A stretch of DNA of 64,000 nt from Puniceicoccales bacterium (GTDB lineage Bacteria; Verrucomicrobiota; Verrucomicrobiia; Opitutales; UBA9783). Location of the stretch: positions 91,819-155,818 of the forward strand of contig JAISBA010000005.1 in NCBI GenBank assembly GCA_031266455.1, written 5' to 3'. The notes beneath the pieces are model-generated. The model did no database searches, was not told the DNA's origin, and saw only the letters and a list, made by a program, of their open reading frames with translations. Position numbers and translations under genes: made by a program. Each line of letters opens with the position of its first letter. The stretch's first letter is position 1. This document shows, one piece after another, positions 1 to 9,999 of the stretch.

Positions 1-101
1 ATTGTAAGAAACCTCTCTTGTATCAATCTTAAGAGGCTTGAGGTCAAGGCCTGTAAATCTTTCTTGCTAAAGGGTGTAAGGTTTCAGAGGGGTTATTGTC
101 C

Positions 102-2078
102 TTAACTCCAGGGGTGTGTTATAATTTTTTGATAACAAGCCTGCGGTGTGAGACCAAATTTTTCGAACAATTGCTCTTGGGGAGCACTTATGCCGAATTG
201 GTCAATACCTATCACAAGACCCTGCAAGCCCACAAATTGATGTGCCAAATAAGGACATCCCGCCTCAATAAAAATGCGATGCAGGCATTGTTTGGGTAAA
301 ATTTCAGACTGGTAGGCTTCACTTTGTTGCAGGAATTTTGTGCGCGATGGCATGGAGACAACACGTGCATTGGAGCCCAATAATTTTGCCACTTCCAAGG
401 CCAACGATACTTCGCTGCCACTCGAAATTAGGATATATTCCAACGTTTGTTGCTCTTTACGCAAAACATAAGCGCCTTTTAGGGTACCGGAACGTTTTTG
501 TTGCGAGTCCAATAGGGGTAATGGGGGTAAATCTTGTTTGGAAAGTATAAAAACGTTTGGACCGCTCGTGCATTGGGTAGCCATTTGGAAACAACCGACC
601 ATCTCGTCGTAATCTGCAGGTCGAAAAACCTGTACATTGGGGATGATTTGCAGGGAAGCCATGTGCTCGATGGGTTGGTGGGTAGGGCCATCCTCGCCCA
701 CGGCGATGGAATCGTGCGAGAAAAAATAATTTACGGGCAAATGAGCGAGAGCGGCTACGCGCAGAGCCGGTTTTAGGTAATCGGAAAATGCCAAAAAGGT
801 GGACCCACACGGCTTAAATATTTTATCGTAGGCGATCCCATTCAAAATAGCACCCATGGCATGCTCACGAATGCCAAACATTAGATTGCGTCCTGTTAAA
901 TGGTTCCGCTGAAAGATGGCGCCATCTTGAATAAAGCTCTTTGTGGATTCAAATAGATCTGCACTACCACTTACCCACAGAGAATCTTTTTGAGCCACTT
1001 GATTTAAAACCTCGCTCGCTAGGGATCGTGTTGCCTGAGGCTTTGTTGATGCCGTATGCAGGCCTTTAAAAAAAACATCGTCTAGGGGAGTCGGTTCGTA
1101 TAGTAATTTTGCTTTTTCCGGATTTTCTTGGCTCCAGGCTTGAAAAATATTGCTCCACTGGAGGTAAGTTTTTTGCAACACTTGCCTACGCTTTTGAAAG
1201 TACTGGTAGGTTTTTTGGGAAATAAAAAAATGCTCTTCGGGATTCAACCCTAAATTTAACTTTGCCTGTTTTGCAAACTTAATGCCCGCAAATCCATGCG
1301 CTTTGGAAGTTCCTTCAATGTCAGGCAATCCTTTTCCGATAAGCGTGTTTAAAATGATGAGATGCGGCTTACCTATTCGCGCCTTGGCCCATTGGTACGC
1401 ATTTTTAATTGCCTCACAATCGTGGCCATCAATGCTACGAACAGCCCAGCCAATGGCTTCAAATTTGTCTTGCACATTTTCTGTTTGCGAGGCGGATAGA
1501 GGAGCATCCAACGTTATTTGGTTTGCGTCGTAGAATAAAATTAAATTGTCGAGACCCCAGTGCCCTGCCAATGCAATACTTTCCTGACCTATACCTTCCT
1601 GTAAGCATCCATCGCCGCAAAGACAGACCACCGCGTTGTCGAAAATTGTATGTTCTTCGGAGTTGAAATAAGCGGCTGCCTTCTTCTGCGATAAAGCCAT
1701 ACCGACCGCATTCCCAATACCCTGACCTAAGGGCCCCGTGCTTGCCTCAACGCCAAGGGTATGGCCAAATTCCGGATGTCCCGGTGTTTTGCTCCCCAAT
1801 TGACGAAAATTTGTGAGATCCTCCAGTGAGATGGGATAGCCGCTTAAATGTAAAAATGTGTATAGGAAAATGCTACCGTGACCTGCGGACAGTACGAAAC
1901 GATCTCTGTTCAACCACCTTGGATTGCCGGGATTATAATTTAAGCATTGACCAAATAAAACGGTGCCCAATTCGGCACAGCCTAGCGGTAGCCCCAAATG
2001 GCCAGAGTTGGCTTTTTCGATTGCATCTATGGCAATGCCACGACTTTCATTGGCGATTGTTTGTAGTACCAAGTTCAT
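102..2078 (-). CDS. tkt: transketolase
   Basis: ORF 102..2159 has SGHLG near the N-terminus, the TPP motif GDGCLQEGI and EDGPTHQPIE. Start placed at the internal ATG at 2078 (MNLVLQTIANES...), because the upstream codons overlap the 3' end of the neighbouring gene. Confidence 0.93.
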   Translation of the reverse strand: MNLVLQTIANESRGIAIDAIEKANSGHLGLPLGCAELGTVLFGQCLNYNPGNPRWLNRDRFVLSAGHGSIFLYTFLHLSGYPISLEDLTNFRQLGSKTPGHPEFGHTLGVEASTGPLGQGIGNAVGMALSQKKAAAYFNSEEHTIFDNAVVCLCGDGCLQEGIGQESIALAGHWGLDNLILFYDANQITLDAPLSASQTENVQDKFEAIGWAVRSIDGHDCEAIKNAYQWAKARIGKPHLIILNTLIGKGLPDIEGTSKAHGFAGIKFAKQAKLNLGLNPEEHFFISQKTYQYFQKRRQVLQKTYLQWSNIFQAWSQENPEKAKLLYEPTPLDDVFFKGLHTASTKPQATRSLASEVLNQVAQKDSLWVSGSADLFESTKSFIQDGAIFQRNHLTGRNLMFGIREHAMGAILNGIAYDKIFKPCGSTFLAFSDYLKPALRVAALAHLPVNYFFSHDSIAVGEDGPTHQPIEHMASLQIIPNVQVFRPADYDEMVGCFQMATQCTSGPNVFILSKQDLPPLPLLDSQQKRSGTLKGAYVLRKEQQTLEYILISSGSEVSLALEVAKLLGSNARVVSMPSRTKFLQQSEAYQSEILPKQCLHRIFIEAGCPYLAHQFVGLQGLVIGIDQFGISAPQEQLFEKFGLTPQACYQKIITHPWS

Positions 2079-3666
2079 TTTTTGTGCCCGGTTGAGGATT
2101 TTCAAAGCTATCGATAATCCATTGGGATAAGGTCTTTTGCGGATTTTTAACAAATTCATCCGTTAGTATAAAATTTTCTTTTTGCTGATTACGCGCAATA
2201 ATTTTTAATGCGTAAGCAAGGTCTTTAAATAGCAATTCGCACAATGCATGAATCGTTTTATCTTGCTCTATACTTTGTTCCACAAGCAATTTTTCAGCTT
2301 CCGGAGAAAATTTGATTTTAAGTCCACTTGTTTTGAAAAAATTATCTTCGTACGTTTTTATAGATTTTTTGCACGTTTTTTCCAGGATCGGCTGATTGTT
2401 TAGAAGCAACTGCCTTAAATAGTTTTCTTTATCTTTGAGCGTATCCGTATTGATTTCAAAAAAATGGATACCCGAAGAAGGCAATTCGAATTTAAAATTT
2501 CGCAATATTCGTTCCAAAATTGTCATGAGGCCTCGGGCTCCTGTTTTTTCTTGTTCGGCGAGACATGCGACTTCCTCAATGGCTTCGCGCGTAATTTGCA
2601 TGTCGATACCGTACCCCTTAAAATCATTTTGATACTGATTTAAAATGGATCCTTCGGATTCCGTTAAAACGCGGATAAGATCCTTTTGTTTGAGGGCATC
2701 GCAGGCCATACGAATGGGAATACGTCCAATAAATTCAGGTTCAAACCCGTATTGAATAAAGTCTTGCGTGGTTGCTTTGTGCAAATAGGAAGTCATTTCC
2801 TCGCTATTGATTTCCAAATTGATACCGAACCCCATGGTTGACTGCTCAACACGTCGCTTTATAATTTCGGCCAATTTATCGAAAGCTCCGCTAAATATAA
2901 ACAAAATATGGCGGGTATTGATGGTACGCTTTTGCGATTTACCCTTGCCTTTTTGTAAATCTAAAACGGCCTGAAATTGTCCCATCATATCCGTTGGCGT
3001 CACCAAATTTACGTCACTTTCTTCCATAAGTTTCAGTAGGTTGATTTGCACCCCTCTGCCGGAGACATCGCGCCCTTGTACATTTTGTACGGACGCAATT
3101 TTGTCAACTTCGTCGACGTAGATAATACCATATTGTGCCAAATCAACATTGCCGTTGGCTGCTTTTACGAGATCACGCACCAAGTCTTCTACGTCACCCC
3201 CTGCGTATCCCGTTTCTGAAAATTTTGTCGCATCTGCTTTGACGAATGGGACTCCGATACGTCGCGCTATGGTACGGATCAAGTAAGTTTTACCAACACC
3301 CGTAGGTCCTAAAATAAGAATATTTTGTTTGTGATAATTTTGCTGCACGTATGCGGGATATTCTAGGCAACTTCTTACGTGATTGTAATGATCGCAGATA
3401 CCCACCGACAAAACCTTCTTTGCTTCATTTTGTTGGATGACGTACCTATCTAAAAAATCGCGTATTTCTCGGGGTTTTAGATTAAAATTTTCAATTTGTT
3501 TTAAAATTTCCAAGTTTGATGCTTCCTCTGTCATTGTATCTTTCGAAGAAGTATTTTCCGCTTCATTGGTCGAAAACCCCGTACTGTCAAAGTGCAAAGA
3601 TGCCTTACCAAAGATTTCTTGCAGTTTTTCTTTGATGTTTTCTAAATTATCTTCCTTTTCCCCCAT
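2047..3666 (-). CDS. ClpX-like AAA+ unfoldase paralog, without N-terminal zinc-binding domain and with a C-terminal extension
   Basis: ClpX-type blocks are present: DRYVIQQNEAKKVL, Walker A GPTGVGKT, ADATKFSETGYAGGDVE, Walker B IIYVDEVDKI and an MGFG loop at the IGF-loop position. The first ~60 aa contain no Cys. About 110 extra aa follow the usual ClpX end. Confidence 0.8.
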   Translation of the reverse strand: MGEKEDNLENIKEKLQEIFGKASLHFDSTGFSTNEAENTSSKDTMTEEASNLEILKQIENFNLKPREIRDFLDRYVIQQNEAKKVLSVGICDHYNHVRSCLEYPAYVQQNYHKQNILILGPTGVGKTYLIRTIARRIGVPFVKADATKFSETGYAGGDVEDLVRDLVKAANGNVDLAQYGIIYVDEVDKIASVQNVQGRDVSGRGVQINLLKLMEESDVNLVTPTDMMGQFQAVLDLQKGKGKSQKRTINTRHILFIFSGAFDKLAEIIKRRVEQSTMGFGINLEINSEEMTSYLHKATTQDFIQYGFEPEFIGRIPIRMACDALKQKDLIRVLTESEGSILNQYQNDFKGYGIDMQITREAIEEVACLAEQEKTGARGLMTILERILRNFKFELPSSGIHFFEINTDTLKDKENYLRQLLLNNQPILEKTCKKSIKTYEDNFFKTSGLKIKFSPEAEKLLVEQSIEQDKTIHALCELLFKDLAYALKIIARNQQKENFILTDEFVKNPQKTLSQWIIDSFENPQPGTKNELGTTNNRQ

Positions 3667-3742
3667 AAAGGATTGACTTTAATCGGTTATATAATTGATC
3701 ATTTAGGAAGGTTAGTAAATGTAAAATTTAACCAAAAATAGC

Positions 3743-4063
3743 ATGAGGCCTAATTTGACAAAAAAAGATCTTGTTTTGCGCATGTGCAAGTCAACGGGCA
3801 TTGACCCAAAGGAGGCAAGGAAAGCCTTGGAAACGGTTTTAACGAGTATTCAATTGGCATTGGTTAATGGGAAATATGTAGAATTAAGAAATTTTGGTAC
3901 TCTAGAAGTATGCATTCACAAGAGTCGTATAGGACGTAATCCGCAGCACCCCAATAAACCTATTGTCATTCCAGATCATGCAGTGATTAAGTTTAGGCCT
4001 GGCCAATCTTTGAAAAAACAGTTGAAAAATCTTAATGTAAAAGATTTGCAAAGATTGCTTTAA
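3743..4063 (+). CDS. HU/IHF-family DNA-binding protein
   Basis: 106 aa. The segment NFGTLEV...RIGRNPQHPNKPIVIPDHAVIKFRPG matches the HU/IHF beta-arm pattern (RNP..G....IP....V.F.PG). Confidence 0.85.
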   Translation: MRPNLTKKDLVLRMCKSTGIDPKEARKALETVLTSIQLALVNGKYVELRNFGTLEVCIHKSRIGRNPQHPNKPIVIPDHAVIKFRPGQSLKKQLKNLNVKDLQRLL

Positions 4064-4071
4064 ATGCGACA

Positions 4072-5421
4072 ATGGCCGTTGTGATGGAGACATTGCCAGG
4101 GTTTCGCGATTTTTATCCAACGGAATGTGCCGTACGTAATGTCTTATTTACGGCATGGAGGGAAGTGGCACACCGTTTTCATTTCCTAGAGTTTGATAGT
4201 CCAATTTTGGAACCTCTAGAGTTGTTTACGGAAAAATCGGGCGAAGAAATCAGAGAACAATTATTCGCCTTTGAGGATCGGGGTGGACGCAAAGTGGCCC
4301 TAAGACCCGAAACAACTCCTTCGTTAGTTCGACTCATTGGAACGCGTGCTGCAAGTCTAAAGAAACCCATTAAGTGGTTTAATATTACGGAAAATTTTCG
4401 TTACGAACGTCCCCAAAAAGGGCGATTGAGGTCGTTTTACCAGTTTAACGTTGACATTGTGGGAGAAGGTTCTTTTTCCGCAGAAGCGGAATTAATTGCG
4501 TTGGCCATTGAAAGCTTCAGCATATTGGGACTGGGGCGACAACATTTTTATATTCGTTTAAGTGATCGCCAAATTTGGATCCTCTGGTTACAAGCCTTGG
4601 GTATTGAAGAAAGCAGGCTCCAGGTAGGTTTATTGAACGTTCTTGATAAGTGGGAGCGGCGAGAAAGGGAAGACTTGGAAAAAGATGCGTTGCGCTATTT
4701 GTCTCCTACAGCAAGTGTGCAGGAATTTTTGATCCGCGCTGAACAGTTGCGTCAGTCCAATACATTGCAGGAAATTCGAGGCTGTTTTGATGCATTGAAT
4801 CCGAATAATACGCTCAAAGCAGCGGTTGATCAGCGGTTGTTGACCTGGGGACAATTACTGGAAGAGCTCGATGCGTTGCAATACGGTTCATTTGTGCGGG
4901 TAGATTTAGGTATTGTTCGTGGACTGGCCTACTATACGGGATTTGTTTTTGAAGTTTTTGAAGCGGATTTAAATGGGCGTGCACTTGCCGGCGGAGGTCG
5001 TTACGATTTACTATTTGAAAAACTTACGGGACATGCCTTACCGGCTGTTGGATTTGCAATGGGTGACGTTACTTTACTCGACGTATTGCAGAAGTATCAC
5101 CTATTACCTAAGATAACATTTCCTTTAGATTGCTTTGTTATCTTTGAAAATAGTACCCGTAGGCAAGCTTTGCAAGACGTTGGAAACTTAAGACAGAACG
5201 ACTTGTCGGTGACCTACATACTAGGAGAGGGGACTGTTTCCAAACAATTCAAGAAAGCTTTAGAATACAATCCAAACTTCATTTTATTTTACAGATCTGA
5301 CGAATTAAGGAATAATCAAGTGCAGGTCAAACATGTGTCAACCCACAGTGTTACCCTCATTGAAAGAGAGAAATTGGTAAATTTTGTTTGCAATTATACT
5401 GCGGGGTCTAAAAGAGAATAA
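4072..5421 (+). CDS. hisS: histidine--tRNA ligase
   Basis: Class II aaRS motifs of HisRS type: GFRDFYP, LRPETTPS, FRYERPQKGRLRSFYQFNVD and AGGGRYD. Confidence 0.92.
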   Translation: MAVVMETLPGFRDFYPTECAVRNVLFTAWREVAHRFHFLEFDSPILEPLELFTEKSGEEIREQLFAFEDRGGRKVALRPETTPSLVRLIGTRAASLKKPIKWFNITENFRYERPQKGRLRSFYQFNVDIVGEGSFSAEAELIALAIESFSILGLGRQHFYIRLSDRQIWILWLQALGIEESRLQVGLLNVLDKWERREREDLEKDALRYLSPTASVQEFLIRAEQLRQSNTLQEIRGCFDALNPNNTLKAAVDQRLLTWGQLLEELDALQYGSFVRVDLGIVRGLAYYTGFVFEVFEADLNGRALAGGGRYDLLFEKLTGHALPAVGFAMGDVTLLDVLQKYHLLPKITFPLDCFVIFENSTRRQALQDVGNLRQNDLSVTYILGEGTVSKQFKKALEYNPNFILFYRSDELRNNQVQVKHVSTHSVTLIEREKLVNFVCNYTAGSKRE

Positions 5422-5493
5422 CCATTAAACGCAGACGCTTTCATTTCAATTTTAGATTGAACTTATATCTTATTTCTTTTATTTTCTTCATGG

Positions 5494-6195
5494 ATGAAGA
5501 ATAAATCGAGAGGATTTACCTTAGTTGAAATCATGTTGGCAGGCGTCATGGCCGGTGTCTTTTTGACTTTTTGCACACAATTTTTTTTAACGCAACTGAA
5601 TCAGTATTATTTAATTTCAGGAAATAGCAAATTAAGTGAACAATTGAGAACATTTTCGAAATATATAGAAAAAGACGTGCATAATTCGCTCGAATTTTAC
5701 GTATTTGCCGATTTATCAAGCGCACTCAATTTTACTTATGCAGGTACGACATTTCCGAAAGTAGGTAATTGTTTACTCTTGATTCAGGAACGAGGTATGA
5801 TTGACGGGGGAAAGGGAGTCATTTATTACGTTGGTAGTGAGTGCAACAGTGGCACTAAGGTAGCCTATTATCCTTTATATAGGGCCTTGGTTACTTTCTC
5901 TGCTGCAAAAAAGATTAATGAAGCGGCCAGTGTTTTAAATCAACTGGTCGTTGGGCATTTAAAAAAATCAGCGACCAACTCACATGTTCAGCTTTATTCG
6001 ATAAGCTCTTCTGGCGGTATTTTTTATGAAACCGAAAGACGAAAGTTTGGCGGGAGCGTTGATTATTACCCGCACATTACGGGATGTAGGCATGGATTGT
6101 ACGTTGGTACTACCCTCATGCAGCCTGGGTTAAAATTGAAGGTAACCGAAACGCCATGCAATTTTTGCTTCTATTCGCGTAATCCTCGCTTCTGA
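5494..6195 (+). CDS. prepilin-type N-terminal cleavage/methylation domain protein (pseudopilin-like)
   Basis: N-terminus MKNKSRGFTLVEIMLAGVMAGVF is a class III signal (G|FTLVE) followed by a hydrophobic helix. The rest of the protein is not recognisable. Confidence 0.6.
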   Translation: MKNKSRGFTLVEIMLAGVMAGVFLTFCTQFFLTQLNQYYLISGNSKLSEQLRTFSKYIEKDVHNSLEFYVFADLSSALNFTYAGTTFPKVGNCLLLIQERGMIDGGKGVIYYVGSECNSGTKVAYYPLYRALVTFSAAKKINEAASVLNQLVVGHLKKSATNSHVQLYSISSSGGIFYETERRKFGGSVDYYPHITGCRHGLYVGTTLMQPGLKLKVTETPCNFCFYSRNPRF

Positions 6196-6365
6196 GGCGT
6201 CAAACTTGTTTAATGCATCCTGTGTGTAAAAAAATATCTTTTTAACTTTTGCCTTGTGGCTGCGAATAGCTTTATGTTTCAGACCTTGATGGCAGTATTT
6301 TTGAGTGAACAATACGTTTTAACGCAAGGATGTTACGCGGTTCGTAAATTGAAATTATTAAACGC

Positions 6366-7793
6366 TTAAGTCAATTGGCACAAGTAGGCGTCGACTTTAT
6401 TGGAGGTAATAACGCCGTAATTGATGGTTCCCAACCATCCCGACATAATGATACCAACGGAACCGGAGTGATATAATCCAGCCACATGTTTGGGTAAATC
6501 CATAGAAACCTTCAATCCTTCAAATTTGGTTCCAAAAGAAGCCCCTTGGACGTGCAATGTGTATCGGTTAAATGTTTTTGGTGTGGCCACTTCAATCCAA
6601 CCTAGTTTGTTTTCTATGCCCGGAACAATTTTATCCAAAGCTTGCAGTGTTCTCTGTTTTAGATTTTCCTTAGCAGACTTGTAATCTTCTTCCGACAAAT
6701 TTATCCAGTCTTCCCACAGTGCATTTGTGGAGGCAACAAGCGTGTAATGGGCAGGCTTATGATCGGGACGGATGCGCGGATAATAGATGGAAAAAGTGCG
6801 ACTTTGAGTATTCAATAGCTTCAATTCCGAACTGGAAAAATGCGGAGCTTCAGAAGTAAAGATTAAATCGCCTATGGGGGGTAACGTTTCCCCCGTTTTT
6901 AAGCCCATATAGACTTGGCAAGAGCTTGTATTAAGACGAACCGCTTTGACTTCTTCCAGGAAAGCCTCATCCAACATATGGGTGTCACACCATTGAAGTA
7001 GGGTTGTTTTTAAATTTGCATTTGAAACAATTGCTTTGCATGCAATGGTTTTACCATTGACCTGCAAGCCCTGTACAACCGATTGATCTCCTATTTTTTC
7101 CGTAAAAACTTTTTCCACAAGGGCGCTTTTGGCAACGTCGACACCATTTTTTTGCAATTCCAAACCCATCGCTTGAATGAGCCGATCGGTGCCTCCTTTA
7201 AACGTATATACCCCTTTGCTCATGAAGTTAGAAAACACAATTCCATAGGTGATTGCGGGATCTTGCAATGTTGAACCGTTTGCGTACGTAATAGGTTCCA
7301 TCAATAAACGATGGATATCAAGCCGATGGGGGAAAAATTCTTCAAAGAGTTCTTCGATCGTACGCGTATCGGCATCGTAAAAATTCATGGCCCTCAGATG
7401 ATTGAAAAATTGTTCAACAACGTTTAAAGGAACCTTGAAGGTATGCGTCAGTTTATCCGTGAAATCGTTTCGGTCAAAAGTTGTATAAAAGTTAAACTGC
7501 GGATTGATAAAGCGAACGTTTGGCAATTGGATAATGGAATCGGCAATTTCCTTATTCCAATAACGTCGGCAGGATTTGATCATGCCTATTGGAAATCCGT
7601 GCAAAGATACATCAAAAATATATCCTCCGGGACGCTTAAACCAAGCCGCAAGACCACCCAATTGAAAATGTTGCTCCAGCAATAAAACCGAATGGCCAAA
7701 TTTTGCTAAGCAGTTGGCTGCCGTCAAACCCGATAAACCACTTCCAATTACGCACACATCGTAGGATGTTTTAAATTGCCATTCTGTTTTCAT
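6366..7793 (-). CDS. NAD(P)/FAD-dependent oxidoreductase, phytoene desaturase (CrtI)-like superfamily
   Basis: N-terminal dinucleotide fold [35 protein letters not shown]. The 475-aa length fits amine-oxidase/CrtI-like enzymes. Confidence 0.75.
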   Translation of the reverse strand: MKTEWQFKTSYDVCVIGSGLSGLTAANCLAKFGHSVLLLEQHFQLGGLAAWFKRPGGYIFDVSLHGFPIGMIKSCRRYWNKEIADSIIQLPNVRFINPQFNFYTTFDRNDFTDKLTHTFKVPLNVVEQFFNHLRAMNFYDADTRTIEELFEEFFPHRLDIHRLLMEPITYANGSTLQDPAITYGIVFSNFMSKGVYTFKGGTDRLIQAMGLELQKNGVDVAKSALVEKVFTEKIGDQSVVQGLQVNGKTIACKAIVSNANLKTTLLQWCDTHMLDEAFLEEVKAVRLNTSSCQVYMGLKTGETLPPIGDLIFTSEAPHFSSSELKLLNTQSRTFSIYYPRIRPDHKPAHYTLVASTNALWEDWINLSEEDYKSAKENLKQRTLQALDKIVPGIENKLGWIEVATPKTFNRYTLHVQGASFGTKFEGLKVSMDLPKHVAGLYHSGSVGIIMSGWLGTINYGVITSNKVDAYLCQLT

Positions 7794-7916
7794 TGTAGAG
7801 GCGATAAATTAAATTATAATAAAGATAAAGTTTACTTTTAAAGAAAGAGTTTTTACATGGAAACCGCAAAACTTTTTTGTTGTAATGTGTGGAAGCTTAA
7901 AATTGACTGATTAAAT

Positions 7917-8897
7917 ATGGTGCGCTGCGAAAACATAGCCATTGTTTTGACCTGTGATGATAATTATGTACGGCATGCATCGGCTACCATAGCTTCCACT
8001 GTCGAAAATTCACAACGAAAGTTTAATTTTTATATTTTTGATTGCGGCATATCCAACTCAAATCTCGATAGAATTCAATCAATGGATATTTTGCAAAAAG
8101 GGCAACATGCTTTGCACGTAGTAAAACCACCTAAGCAACGTTGTTTCGAGGAATTTCCGTTACCCGCTCACTTTTCTCCCGCAATCTTTTATCGTGTATG
8201 TATTCCAGAAATATTGCGTAATCAAGAAAAAGTTATCTATCTAGACAGTGACATCATTGTCGAAGGAGATTTGGGAGATTTGTGGGATCAACCGTTAGAA
8301 AATTATTGGTTTGGAGCCGTGTACCTGGATAATAATTTTATAAAAGATACTCAGTTAAAAAAATTTAAAGCAAATATAGGATTAGAGGAAAACAAACGTT
8401 ATTTTAATTCCGGTGTGATGCTGATGAACCTAGTTGTTATGAGGAATGAACGTGTATTATACCAAGTTTTAGACTTTTTACGCAAAAATCCTCATATAAA
8501 ACTTTCTTGCCCAGAACAGGATATCCTTAATCTTATCGTTGATCGGTCAAATATTTTTGAACTGGCACCTAAATACAATTTTACCCCCTTTTCTCCGTTA
8601 GCAAAGAAAACCGCAAAATTGGGCAAACCCGTTTGCATCCACTTTTCCGTGTATAAACCTTGGAATTTTCCACAACGTATCGTCAAATTGCTAAAGAAAA
8701 CCTATATATTTAAATTATTCCATTTGTATTACGTTTACGCTCAACTCACACCCTGGGCAAATATTCCTTGCGAAACGGCACGCTTTTCGAAAGTTATAAA
8801 ACTTGTTTGTAAGACTTTCACTCAACCCATGGAACGTTTTATTAGGTTTTCCGTACGCGACAGAATTAAAAGCCATATTTTTAACGCAAAAAATTAG
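7917..8897 (+). CDS. glycosyltransferase family 8 (LPS glycosyltransferase-like)
   Basis: GT8 signatures: YLDSDIIVEGDL (DxD), YFNSGVMLMNL and PEQDILN. Confidence 0.8.
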   Translation: MVRCENIAIVLTCDDNYVRHASATIASTVENSQRKFNFYIFDCGISNSNLDRIQSMDILQKGQHALHVVKPPKQRCFEEFPLPAHFSPAIFYRVCIPEILRNQEKVIYLDSDIIVEGDLGDLWDQPLENYWFGAVYLDNNFIKDTQLKKFKANIGLEENKRYFNSGVMLMNLVVMRNERVLYQVLDFLRKNPHIKLSCPEQDILNLIVDRSNIFELAPKYNFTPFSPLAKKTAKLGKPVCIHFSVYKPWNFPQRIVKLLKKTYIFKLFHLYYVYAQLTPWANIPCETARFSKVIKLVCKTFTQPMERFIRFSVRDRIKSHIFNAKN

Positions 8898-9193
8898 GCT
8901 ATTCCCATTATTGGTTTCCTGAATCCTACAACTTAGTCAATGGATTCATTTCAGGGATACCTAAAATTGATCGGCTCTGGCCATAATAAAAAAGCACCCA
9001 ATTAAATTCCAAACAACAAATCACAGATTGCATCAATCTATGCGGTTGATTGATTCGCTCGACGGTTGAAATGCGTGTTTTGGAAAGTAGGCATGGGAAT
9101 TGCTTTATATGCAATTGGTTTTATGAGTAATGCAAACTCTTAAAAGCGCAGTGACCGATGGTTAAAAAAATTTGAAGAAGGTAATAAAAGCCA

Positions 9194-9979
9194 ATGAATG
9201 TTTTATATAAAGATCCTCAAAAGCGTAAGCCGCTACAAAAAGTTTACACACAAACGGGATTAATGGAACCCGATTGGGATCTTGTAATACAATACTTGCC
9301 TTTATTGAAATCAATGGTTGGGAAGATACTGCTCCATTGTTCAACAACAACCGACAGAGAAAATATATACACCGTAGGGTTATTGGGATTAATTTCTGCT
9401 ACGCAAACTTTTAAAAGAGAGGCAAGGTGTTCCTTTGGTTCTTACGCTTCTATTCGCATTAAGGGAGCGCTGTTGGACGAATTGAGGCGATTGGACTGGT
9501 TGCCGAGAGGTTTAAGGTTAAAAGTAAAAAACTTTCAGCACAAAGTTGTACAATTGGAGCAAAAACTTGGACGCTCTTTGTCAAACGAAGAAATTTGCAA
9601 TTATTTACACGTAGATAGAACTTACGGTGAGCGTATTAGGCAGTACGCTAAACCTATAGTTTATGTTCCATTAGATATTGCTCACAGCACTGCGGGCAAA
9701 GAGGAGGATAATTACTCCCTGCAAGAAGTCCTGGCTGATTTTGAGCAAGACAATGGTCGAGAAATCTTTGAGAAAAAAGAAATGTGGCAAATATTAAGAA
9801 AATGCTTAAAAGAATTGCCAAAATTTTCGCAACAAGTGTTGAGTCTCTATTACGTCGAAAACTTACGTTTATCAGAAATTGCAAAGGTTTTCCAATTAAG
9901 CGAATCACGCATTTGCCAAATTCATTCTCAGGTGATTGCGAAATTGAGGAAAAAGTTATCTGAATTTTTAAAGCGTTAA
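9194..9979 (+). CDS. fliA: RNA polymerase sigma factor, FliA/WhiG (sigma-28) family
   Basis: 261 aa. Region 2 (GLLGLISATQTFK...YASIRIKGALLDELRRLDW) and region 4 HTH (LSLYYVENLRLSEIAKVFQLSESRICQIHSQVIAKLR) are typical of group 3 sigma factors. Confidence 0.85.
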   Translation: MNVLYKDPQKRKPLQKVYTQTGLMEPDWDLVIQYLPLLKSMVGKILLHCSTTTDRENIYTVGLLGLISATQTFKREARCSFGSYASIRIKGALLDELRRLDWLPRGLRLKVKNFQHKVVQLEQKLGRSLSNEEICNYLHVDRTYGERIRQYAKPIVYVPLDIAHSTAGKEEDNYSLQEVLADFEQDNGREIFEKKEMWQILRKCLKELPKFSQQVLSLYYVENLRLSEIAKVFQLSESRICQIHSQVIAKLRKKLSEFLKR

Positions 9980-9999
9980 TGAAAAAAACATTACACGCT

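Noticed and set aside
6130-6312. Lys-rich 60-aa minus-strand ORF that looked superficially like a small ribosomal protein
   Set aside because: It overlaps the 3' end of the pseudopilin-like gene, and its motif order does not match S21, L36 or other small ribosomal proteins.
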